In this document: one piece after another, positions 52,701-64,000 of the stretch
Layout of the letters: the number at the start of each line of letters is the position of its first letter
How positions within the stretch are numbered: the first letter of the stretch is position 1
Source of the DNA: Antedon mediterranea
Lineage: Eukaryota > Animalia > Echinodermata
Assembly: GCF_964355755.1 (NCBI RefSeq)
Contig: NC_092672.1
Location: 32,680,437 to 32,744,436 of the forward strand
Reading direction: 5' to 3'
DNA length: 64,000 nt
Notes under the pieces: model-generated
What the model saw: the letters and a program-made list of their open reading frames with translations, nothing else
Database searches by the model: none
What the model was told of the DNA's origin: nothing
Translations under genes and position numbers: made by a program

Positions 52701-55700
52701 ACATGTGAAACATGATAATTATGAATGATAATTAATAATTATTTATTATTTAACTTTGTTGTAAATTGTTTGTTATTTTTGTAAATGTATTGTTATTATA
52801 AGGTTCTTACTGCTGGTTTGGACGGCAAAGCTGTAGAAAAAGTCATGATTTTCGATCGGATTACAACAACCAGGTTTTAAAAAACTTTGGCATTGCCTTT
52901 CTGAGACATAATCAGTTGAAAACTCTACTTCGATGGAAGTGTCCACAGTTTACAGTACCAGAATTATGTGGACAATACAGAAGAAACATGGGCTGTGGCA
53001 AGGAACACTGTAGGTTTCTACATATATGCAGGTAAGAATATTTCACATGTATAATAGTTGCAACCTCTGTAAAGTAAAAATTATTTATTTTATGATAAAA
53101 TTAGTAAAATAATAAAAAGTGGTTCAGGTTCCTGGGCCGGATTGCCTCCAGTTGCCTCTAAATTTGGTAAAGATCCGTCTTTTAGTTTTTGACATTATCA
53201 CACACACACAAATGAGGTAAATGAGGTAATAAAGTAATTATAACAAAACAAATATTTCATTTGCATTGAACTTTCAAGCATCATGGTCAATCTTCAAGTG
53301 CTAGTTATGAGAATAAGAATCATAAAACTGCATAATAACAAATTCTGTTTCCAGAAGTGTTGTGATGGAAACTTGCAGCTATGGAAAAAGATGCAAGTTT
53401 GCCCATGACATCTATCAAATAGAGTCTAATGTGGAATTACTGAATAAGTTTCAAATTAGCTATAGCTCGGATGATACCATCCGCTTGATCAAAGAGAGCG
53501 CCATCAGGGAATCTATCGACCTGATGTTGAGGTCTTGCAGAGTGACGGAGAAGATAATCAATGTAGTCAGGAAGAGTGCATCGATGAAGAAAGTCCAGAA
53601 ATCAGTCCACCTATCTCTCCTATATTAATTACTCATAGGGATTTCGTTTCTCAAGAATACTCAAGAAGAGATACTTTTATTCATAAATCGGAACAAATGG
53701 TTAGACAAACAAGTTCAAAACATAATTTTGCTCCATTTAAATCAAACGTCCAAGATATGCCTAAGAGTTCTTCGGTAATGATTGCAGCTAAGCAATCAAC
53801 ACAATATGTTGCAAATAATGAGATACAACAGAAGTCATACCAAGTTCAACCACTACCTAGTACCAAAGGAGAAAGAATTACACAACATGCACCATACCAA
53901 AAACAGGACAATTTCCAAGATATACCAAAGATGTCTTCGGTAATGACTGCAGTTAAACCATTGCAATATGACATTGAAACTAATCTGTTAGAAGAAAATT
54001 CAGATATCCAGTCTGCATTCGTTTCTACAAGTCAAGTTCAACCACTATCTAGTAGTAGAAGCAACGAAGAAAGAAACACATACACATACACATACAATCT
54101 AAGTCCAAAAAGTCCTTCATCAAACCTTAATTTCCAAGAAATGCCAACAAATTTGTCAGTTATGGCTGCAGCTAAACCATCAATATCACATATTGCAACT
54201 AATGTTTTAGAAATGAAGGTAGATTCTGCAAAGCAAGTTCAGTCACTACCTAGTAAAAAAAAAAAGAAATGGGTATTGCCAGATTCACAAAAAGTCCAAT
54301 ACAAGTGAAAATGAGAGAAATTTGCAAGGACTACCTGAAAGGAAACTGCAGTAGTGGCAGTATGTGTCATAAAATGCATTGTGATCTTCCTTATCAATGG
54401 CAAATGTCCATTAATGATAGGTGGGTTGACTTTGATGATAGATCAAATCTGAAAGTGGAAGAAGGATTTTGTGGAGAAATCACTGATTGTCCTCAGTTTC
54501 CTGTCAATACCACCACTACCAAGTTTTGGACTCTTTATTGCTTAAGCCTTACACTTTATCAAACTAGTTGACAAAAAAAGTGTGATGTACCCAAATATGG
54601 TAGTGATATGCCCAAACATTTTTTTGTCACATAAAGTTTGATAGTGTAGACAGAGTTTTGGAAGTTTAAATTATGAGATTGTACAATCGAAGCAGCTGGT
54701 ATTGCAAAGAAAAGTGTAGTTCAAGTTTTGTTTTTATATCTGCAAAATACATTCCATAACAAATTTATTGCTTGCTGACTACAATCACTAAGTTCATCCT
54801 GTTTGATCTACTTTAGTTATAAGAATTATATGCAGTTGTATTTTTTGTATTTGAATCTGAATTTTGAAATGAATTAATGGCTCTTACTCTTCTTTTTAAA
54901 CAAGGGATGTGTGTTTTGATAGCATGCTTGCATCTGATGGGTTGGACCTTATTTTAGTTGAGCGACTGGAAGTCAAAGGTGATGAAGATGTTTCAGATGC
55001 CTATCTGGTATCTCCGTGGTCTTGGTATTGGCAGGATGAATGTGGAAAGTGGATTGAATATAGTGAACAGGTAGGCTTGTTTAAATATTCCATCTTCTCA
55101 ACACTCCTCAACCAACAAAAAGAGAGCAATAGGCAAGTAGCTACAGTGTAGTACAGGGAAGAATAGAGCAGGAGCAGAGAAGGATTGCTATTCATGCTCC
55201 AGCATGCAGTACAGTATTTTATATATTAGAACATGATTAAAACAAGATTAATTTCCATTTTTAATTAGAATACCAAGCAGAGTGCACGATCAGACAAAGA
55301 AAGTTCAGATTTTGAAAGTTTGTTTAAAGCATATAAAAATGAAAATGGAAGTTTCAGCGTTAAATTCAAGGCTGGTAATCAAAACTACACTTTGGACTTC
55401 TCTGCCATGAGCCAAACCAATGATAGATACCATACCAGAAAACCCGTCTGTCGAAGGCCAGTCAGACAGATAAAACCAAAGGATGTTGAGAAGTACAGAA
55501 AAGAAAAACCTTGGTAAAAAGACTAAAATGAATTATTTTTATTCATATTTCTGAAGTCAGAATTCATTATTTCTCCTAGATCATATATTTACTACCACAT
55601 ACTGCTATTTTCCACTCCATAGCGAGTACTCTCCCTCATCACACCCCACTGCAGTAGTTTAAAATCTTCCCAGTACAAATTCTGGTTATTTTGATCCAGT

Positions 55701-56791
55701 ACTCCCACCCAACCCATAAACTTGTTATTGTACACAATAACAAACATTTACTTTCCAAGTACTCAACCTGTAGCCAAGTAGTTTACTCTTGCCAGGAAAG
55801 TTCATTTCACTCTTTCCTGCTGTTACCTTTTTTGTTATATTATATACTTAGGTTACACACTCATACTTTCCCAAGGACTTGGGATACAACCATCAAAACA
55901 AAAACACATCGACTTGTAAAAGTGACTAAGGAAGCAAATAACGAAGAATACAGAGAAATCTCCAAATTATTTAAAAGAACTCTTCCAGATGGAGCAATAA
56001 CTCGACTTGAACGAGTCCAGAATGAGATCTGCTGGGAAGCATTTGCACGGTAAATATTGAAATTGTATATTATATATATTATATGACTACTTTAAATATT
56101 GTGTCTATTGACCCTAAACTCTTTTTCATCAATTTATTTTTGTCTCACAAGGCAAAGAGAAACCATGATGAAGAAAAACTCTCGTAGAAAAGTTGAAGAG
56201 CTCCAACTGTTTCATGGAACAATGCAGGATAAAGTTGATGATATCTGTCGTGATAATTTTGACTTTCGCTTGAGCGGGACACGAGTTGGGCATGTTTATG
56301 GACAAGGAGCTTACTTCGCAAAGTCAGCAAAGTATTCCAATGATTACGCTGAAAAAGACAGTGTTGGTAGGAAGAGGATGTTTGTTGCAAGAATTCTTGT
56401 TGGTAGCTACACAGTTGGCACAAAAGAGATGCACCGGCCACCGTTTAAAGACCCGGCAGATAAGTCAAAGGGGATGTATGACTCTTGTGTTGATGATGTC
56501 GCTAATCCAAGTATTTTTGTGGTGTTTGATAACCATCAGGTTTATCCAGAATATCTGATTACATAAACCATTTCATCGCATAGTACAACATTATCTAGGG
56601 CATCAAACATTCAACCATCTGGTAGTGCGACCTCCTACCAGTCAGCAAGAACTGTAGCAATGAATTCAGCAAACTGGTATAACCCACCTACCAGTCGTTC
56701 TTCAAGTTCAAACCAACCATCTTACAATAGTCCAAGTAGTTCGCCAAGGAGGGACAGCAAAGCAGATAATAATAAATGCATTTGCATGTAA
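49788..56791 (+). pseudogene. PARP12/ZAP-like copy 3, multiply inactivated
   Basis: Same exon-1 A8 frameshift (50101-50108); +2 at ~53495; +1 at ~54260; exon-6 donor lost (~54520); TAT>TAA at 56564-56566; vestigial CICM* at 56777-56791. Confidence 0.85.
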
Positions 56792-58704
56792 TTTTCCGTC
56801 TAATGAATGGGAACCATCTACAGTAAATAGTGAAACCCGATTGTAAAATCCCAAGATAGCCCAAAGGCTAAAGGTGCCCGATCTCAAACTGCGCGAGAAT
56901 AGACAGAGTAACAAATTTCTGGTTAGTGCTATTATAATATAAATATAATATATATTATAAATGTCTTCTCAATGATATGTTTGTATTCATTTCTTGTGAA
57001 ATTTTTTGTTTATTGTAATATGTAAATAATTATTAATAGATTCAAAGTTGTGTATCTAAAATCTCCATTATTATCACCAACCCCACCAACCACCAATCCT
57101 GATTTCTTCCCTGCATCCACAGCAACGGCAGGTGCAGACAAGGGTTAGTACCATCGTCATCACAGCTATTTTTATAAATTTTCAAAACTAAAGCATTTTT
57201 TTAGTCAGTTAAATACACTAACTAATTTTTTTTAAATTTATCTCTTTTAAGGAAGAATAAATACAAAGCTAAACTTAAAATTAACAATCGATTAATATTA
57301 TTTAAGTGTATGATTGTAATATTTATGGTTTTGTGTGAATGACTAAGAATATATATCAATTTACTTTATAGTAGTTAAGTTAATTCAACATTTGTTAATT
57401 TCTTTTAATAGTACAATAATAAAAAATTGTAATATTACCATTAATAGAGGATCTTACAAGAAGAAATTACTTATTACCCATAAGCTAAAAAAAAATGCAC
57501 TTAAATATAAATATAACGTCATAACAATAAAGTTACAAATACGAATACAATTATTATTCTATAATAAAGAAACATTTGGATTGCTCTTTATGACAATTTG
57601 TTTTTTTTTTCCCGATTCTTTTTGGGGTGTAAAAGCTTTTTGAAAGTTAAAAACATAAATACTGTATGATCGGTGAACAACATGAGTCACATTTCACAAT
57701 AAAACCCAAACGCATTGATATAGCTGTACCCACTTAACAAATAACATCCATTTCATAAGCATTGAAGATTCGACAATTGATCTTATTTTATCATGTCGGG
57801 TGTAAATAGTTCTGAATATATTTTTGGTTAGTGTAGGGCGCAAACAAATAAATAGTGAAATTCTTCTCCAGTATCATTTCGGACTTTAAACTCGTGACCT
57901 AAATTAGACCTTTGGTCACTACCAGCAACCGTTCTGATACAAAATGTAGGCCTACACATTAACTCAAACAAAATTTACCCAGCAAGGTCATATTTCATGC
58001 ATCTTTTTCAACATATTATGTCGACTTGATCCTTTATTACTTATTTTACTTATCTTGTGGTTAATCGGCGATGGTTTAGGTGTTCTCTGAGGGGTAAATT
58101 CTACTGAGGTAGGTTTTTGAAACAGCTCTTTCTCAAATTGTCCAGGGAAGCCACACGCGGCCATTACAAATGGTAATGTAAATATATAGACCCGAAATCA
58201 CTGAATAATACAAATATAAATATTTTAGTATCCTATTACCGATAATATAAATAATATGTAATTGCCTGCCTGCCTGCCGGCCTTGTCTCCTTCATTGCCA
58301 TTGTTCGGTACGACCAATACCATCTAGTATAGTTTTAAAATGTTATCAGCTGCATTAATGTTATCTTTAATTTATATTAACTTTTTTCTACCAAAGACTT
58401 AACTATTTTTATACTTTTTTGTCATAGAACGTTCAACGTTCGCTCGGTATACGTGACGCAAACTTTTATATTTATGTATTCAAATCACTATTCGCCAATT
58501 TGTTTCCTTACAAATTGTATAAACCAAACAATTAAAAAAAATATAACATTAAACATGATTTTAGCATGTACTTTTAACATTTTATATTCTACATTATAAA
58601 CCCTACCTGGCGTAGATTAGTATGCTAACAAATATTTGTATACATTCCAATTTTCAGAAATTTCAGAAGAAAATTATGAAATAAGTACTTTATTATTTTA
58701 CAAC

Positions 58705-61700
58705 ATGGCTGCATCAGGTACGATAGTTCTCCAATTTAAGATCTCAAATTTCACAAATCTTGAATTTCAGCATACATCCATTCAAAGAAATAACATATTA
58801 GTGAACTTATTAAAATATTTAAACAAATATTTATTTTGCCATTGTAAAATGTTCTTTTCTATTTAGTACTTCTATTTTAAAATCATTTATAAAAATATAT
58901 TATTTGTCTTAATTATCAAACCGTTTATAACATTTAATCTGTTTTCGCTATATAGAAGGACTTAACCCATCTTTTAAACGAGTTTTAATAACCTTTTCAA
59001 CTTGGTATGACGAACGTTCGCTTATAACGAAACTAAAAGTATTGTATCAAGGTAAAATTGCAGAAACGGACTTACACAATGCCTCAACGACGATGGACTT
59101 GCTGAATCAGTTAACTGATTCTGGAGATCTCAGTTCAACAGATTACACTATTCTTTGTGACACAATAAAGGCCACTAAACAGTTTGGTATTATTCAAAAA
59201 CTTCGAGTTCACATTCCATCTTTTCCTAATGTAAGAGAAGAAATCATTATTTCCAAGTTCAGTCATCATCAACAAAACATTATGAATTTAGGAAATGAAC
59301 TAATACAGGAAGAAGTGACAAAAATTGACAATATGTTCAATAATCCTCCAAAGAATCACCAAGATGGATGGAATCTCCTTTTGGATTTACAGCATAAACA
59401 AATTATTTGTGAAGAAGAAGAGGAAAAAATGGATGGATTTATTAAGACCTTAGGTGATCTTGGATTATCTCGCGCTGTAGCAGCTCTTACTAAAGGTACA
59501 ATGTGATGAATTTATTGGAACATGCTTACATTATAGACAGTTATTTGAATGCAATATTTTTGCTGTTTACATAGTTTTTAAAATATTACTTAAATAATTT
59601 AAAACCGTCTATATATAATTTCAAACAATTGTAAATCATGTATGAAAATGGTTCTTATTAATCATCAAAATATTTTAAATATCATTACAGGTGTTCAAAT
59701 ATCCGTTACTATGAAACGTAAGTCTGACCATGAAGATCATCAAGCTCCAAAAAGAACCCGTGTTCCCGCTGTATCTACACAAAGAAATCTTAATGGAAAA
59801 CTGGAATGTTTTCAAAGCATTATTGATGAAATTCTGCGATCTTTACAATATACTCTATCTGAAATTAGGCCATCGTTACTAAACGATATTTATGAAAATC
59901 TACAATCCTTACCACCTAGTCTTTCTGATAATACACCATCTGTACTTGGAACTATCGTTCAAAATCTGAAGTCTTTACAAAACACTATTAATGAAAATCT
60001 ACAATCATTACAAAGGACTCCTAATATTGAAAACAGGCCCGTGGAAAGACGTATTTATAAAAAACTGCAATCATTACGAAATTTTCTTAAAAAAAGGAAA
60101 CAATGTTTGTCAAATTTCACACCAACATTTTGTAAATACATAGGGGAACTAAACACTATGACTCAAGATGATGAACAGATATTATTTAGGATAGTTCAAC
60201 TCCTGATTTCTTTCTGCCAAGGATATGGATGTGAATTAAGCAAGCTGGAACGCAAATGTATAGTTTTTACTTTTTCTGTACTGGACCCCATTGCTCTGGC
60301 TAATCTATGGAATATGTATCAAACGGGAGAGCTTCTTACAAAGCTATCAGAGATACTTATAGCGTCAAAGGAGCATCAGGAGACATTTCAAGTGGAATGG
60401 ACAACAGAAATTGACAAAAACAAATACAAACAAGCACTTTGTATGCTTGAAGAAGAAGGTGAGACAAATTTGCAATGCTTCAATCGAATGAACAAATATA
60501 TTTTACAGGCATGTTATAATAAAGAATTTTACGAGTTATTTTTCAACACATGTGTAGGCTATAAAGGTTCAGTCGAATATCGCATTAGCCTAACAGCAAT
60601 AACATTTACAAATAGTATAGATTCCAAATATATTAGAAAATCATCTTGATGTTGCGTTGTGCACATATTCAACCTCTTGTCATAAGTTGTTTACCACAAA
60701 TTTATGATACACATCAACGCATGTAGACAAAATAATATACATACAAAACAACCTATAGTAACGCATGTGTTTGTCTACTTGGCATGTGCTGGTAATGCTA
60801 TTTTGTTTGAAACCAAGTAAGATAAAACATTAGAAATTGATAAATTACAATACAGTCTGAGTTTTAGTATTTTATAACAATGGTATTTTATATTTTCTTT
60901 GTTTCTACAGTCCAAGATATGCCTTATTCACTAATGACTGCAGCTAAACCATCAACACAATATGCTGCAAGTAGTCGGATACAACGGAAATCATACCAAG
61001 TTCAACCACTACCTAGTACCAAAGAAGAAAGGATTACACAACCTGCACCATACCAGAAACAAGAGAATGTCCAATATATACTAATGAAGTCTTCAGTAAT
61101 GACTGCAGCTAAACAATCAACACGATATGGTGCAAGTAATCGGACACAACGATACATCTCCCTCGACGAGGGGGGTGAATTCCCCGACGAGGTGGAAGTC
61201 ATCCCCTTCGACGAGGGGGGTGAATTCCCCGACGAGGAGAAGATTGAAGAAATAGATTCAAAGGAAGTTCAGTCACAACCTAGTAACGAAAAAGAACAAC
61301 CTGGGTAAAAAACTAATTGTCTTAATTATTTTTTTATATTGTATTCATAATAATTAACGTGTGTAGATCATACGCAGTTATTATTTATAACAACCCACCC
61401 ATGACGGGTACCTTAACTCAAAGCACTCTAGTAGTTTAAAACCTTCCCAGTACAAATTGTGGTTATGTTATCCAATATTCTCAACCCATAACCATCCGTA
61501 TGGATGCGTGCAATAACAATGAATTTACTTCAACCTGTCGCTCAGTATTTTACTCTTGCCATGGAAGCTCATATCAGGGAGAAGCGTGTAATTTTACTCT
61601 TTCCTGCTGTTACCTTACAGTGTTATGTTATATACTTTATAGGTTACACACTTATACTCTCCCAAGGACTTGGGATACAACCATCAAAACAACGAAAACA

Positions 61701-63396
61701 CATGAACTTGTAAGAGTGACTGATAGAAAAGAATACAAAGAAATATCTGCACTATTTAAAAGAACTCTTCCAGATGGAGCAATAATTCGAATTGAACGAG
61801 TTGAAAATGAGAAATGCCGGAAAGCATTTGCATGGTAAATATTTATAATAATTATTATATGAACAGTTTAATATACTGGTGTATATTTGATGTCGACACT
61901 GATTCCTCCTTCATTTACTTTACATTTTTTAAATATTTTCTCAGGTCATCTCTTCGACTCATTTTAACTTTTCTGAGGCATGCACTAATGCAGCTAATTT
62001 GTTTCAGTTGAGTTTCGGGTCGAAATGTGATGTTTTCCTTAGTTTTTCGAATAAATTCATGATTTTTTTTTATCTCACAAGGCAAAAATGCACGATGATA
62101 GGAAACTCTAACAAAGAGATTGAAGAGCTCCAACTGTTTCATGGAACAATGCAGGATAGAGTTGAAGATATCTGTCGTGATAATTTGGATTTTCGCTTGA
62201 GCGGTTCACGAGTTGGTAATATTTATGGACAAGGAGCTTACTTCGCAAAGTCAGCAAAGTATTCCAATGATTATGCTGGAACAGACAGTGTTGGTAGGAA
62301 GAGGATGTTTGTTGCAAGAGTTCTTGTTGGTAGCTACACAGTTGGCACAAAAGAGATGCCCCGGCCACCGTTTAAAGACCCGGCAGATAAGTCAAAGGGG
62401 ATGTATGACTCTTGTGTTGATGATGTAGCTAATCCAAGTATTTTTGTAGTGTTTAATAACAACCAGTTTTATCCAGAATATCTGATTACATATACCATTT
62501 CATCGCATAATAAAACATTATCTAGAGCATCAACCATTTCATCTAGATCACAGCGGCGGCGGCAGGATCCTCCCGACGCGGAGGCTGAATTCCCCAACGA
62601 GGGGGCTGAATTCTCCGACAAGGGGGCTGAATTCTCCGACGTGGAGGCTGAATTCCCCGACAAGGGGACTATGCGAGCATCACTAGATTGGGGGCCAGAG
62701 AGGCTGCAGTGGCGCCAGAATCTTCCCGACGAGGGGGATGAATTCCCCGACGAGGGGGATGAATTCCCCGACGAGGGGGCTATGCGAGCATCACTAGATT
62801 GGGGGAAAGGGAGGCAGCGGTGGCGCCAAGATCTTTCCGACGAGGTGTCTGAATACTCCGACAAGGGAGCTGAATTCCCCGACGAGGGGGCTATGCGAGC
62901 ATCACTAGATTGGGGGTCAGGGAGCCAGCGGTGGCGCCAAGATCTTTCCGACGAGGTGTCTGAATACTCCGACGAGGGAGCTGAATTCCCCGACGAGGGG
63001 GCTATGCGAGAATCACTAGATTGGGAGAAAAGGAGGCAGCGGTGGCACCTTCCCGACGAGGGGGCTGAATTCTCTGACGAGGAAGCTGAATTCCCCGACG
63101 AGGGGGCTATGCGAACATCACTAGATTTGGGGCCACAGAAACAGCGATTGCGCCAGGCTCTTCCAGACGCGGGGGCTGAATTCCCCGACGAGGGGGCTAT
63201 GCGAGCATCACTAGATTGGGGGCCAGAGAGACAGAGATTGCGCCGGGCTATTCCCGACGCGGGTGCTGAATTCCCCGACGTGGAGGCTATGCGAGCATCA
63301 CTAGATTGGGGTCAGGGAAGCGGTCAAGGGCCAGAAGGCGAAGGACCCCGGGTCCAGAAGAAGGCGAAGCCCCCGGAAGCATGCATTCTAGCGTAA
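58705..63396 (+). CDS. Predicted ~1073-aa protein: tandem DED-like domains, TRADD-N-like domain, PARP (H-Y-I), acidic repeats, CaaX (CILA). Exons 58705-58717, 58956-59495, 59691-60458, 60911-61304, 61643-61834, 62082-63396
   Basis: All five introns GT-AG and phase-compatible; total 3222 nt with no stops; death-fold-like helices (LKVLYQGKI...DLLNQLTDSGDLS; GWNLLLDLQHKQII); CIVFTF...LANLWNMYQTGELL; LFHGT, GAYFA, PSIFVVF. Confidence 0.78.
62570..63315 (+). repeat. GC-rich coding repeat: 21-bp unit gaattccccgacgagggggct (EFPDEGA) nested in higher-order units containing MRASLDWG
   Basis: Visible periodicity; same unit also at ~61160-61240. Confidence 0.92.
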
Positions 63397-64000
63397 TTTG
63401 ATGCCGTTTTATCCAGATTTAGGGTAGCCGACTGTTTCCATTTTTCATGGTATAAATAAAATACTGTGTGCAAAACACATTGCACTAGGTCCGATGCGAT
63501 GGTGCAAAAATCCATTCTTTCAATTTTAAAAATGAAGTGACCTTTAAAGTTCAATGTTCCTATTTTCAATTTTATCGGGTAAATTGTAGCATAGAATTGC
63601 GCTACAGTATATAAATCGAACGATTGATTGATTGATATAATTATATATAAACCTTATTTAGACACAGGACTGATGTGCAGTACAACTCGTTCAATCAATA
63701 TTGATTGTTTTTAGACAAGTTCGTGATATTACAAAAAAACCAACACCATATAAATGCGACAAAAAAGATAGAAAAAATTGAAATTGAAAAGACAAAAAAT
63801 TACAGCAGACTCCCCTTCATCTGACACCTCTATGAGGGGTACACCATATATACTTCCTGTGTTGATAGAAACTATACGCGAACGTAAACGTACCCACGGG
63901 CCAAGAGGTATATTGTTAATCGCAGAGGTATAGGCTAATTGCTGTCTGGAGATGCGGAACTGTAAAATGCGCAAAACAACACCCCTGGGCTGATTTGTAG

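Larger units (their letters stand above)
27020..54490 (+). repeat. Recent tandem segmental duplication, ~27.0-40.35 kb vs ~40.35-54.5 kb
   Basis: Introns and intergenic DNA near-identical (shadow ORFs 29894/43226, 30366/43698, 37728/51813 are identical); differences are mainly indels and TE insertions. Confidence 0.85.

Noticed and set aside
56564-56791. Programmed CaaX-less short isoform via the stop right after the PARP domain
   Set aside because: The same copy has three upstream frameshifts and a lost donor, so pseudogenisation is the simpler explanation
1-64000. Prokaryotic defence island or operon interpretation
   Set aside because: Spliceosomal introns, SINEs, MITEs, CaaX motifs and low coding density indicate an animal genome

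Overview
AT-rich eukaryotic (animal) genomic DNA with GT-AG introns. It is probably from a marine invertebrate; an echinoderm such as a crinoid is only a guess from the style of the DED proteins. It looks like a fast-evolving innate-immune effector cluster. Left part (minus strand): three single-exon paralogues of an uncharacterised class I SAM-dependent methyltransferase-like protein. Two end in a CaaX prenylation motif and one is fused to PABP-derived RRMs. They are separated by nested DNA transposons, a SINE and a 3.9-kb foldback element. Right part (plus strand): an intact 10-exon PARP12/ZAP-like gene with a duplicated 4xCCCH module, WWE-WWE, an H-Y-I PARP domain and CaaX. Next come two ~14-kb tandem duplicates that join the 5' exons of a DED gene to the ZAP-like gene; both are damaged. 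Last is an intact 6-exon gene predicted to encode tandem DED-like domains, a TRADD-N-like domain, PARP, acidic repeats and CaaX. NF-kB-like sites cluster in the divergent region between the methyltransferase and ZAP-like genes. Exon models were built by eye from splice signals and phase; domain names come from motif recognition, not database searches.
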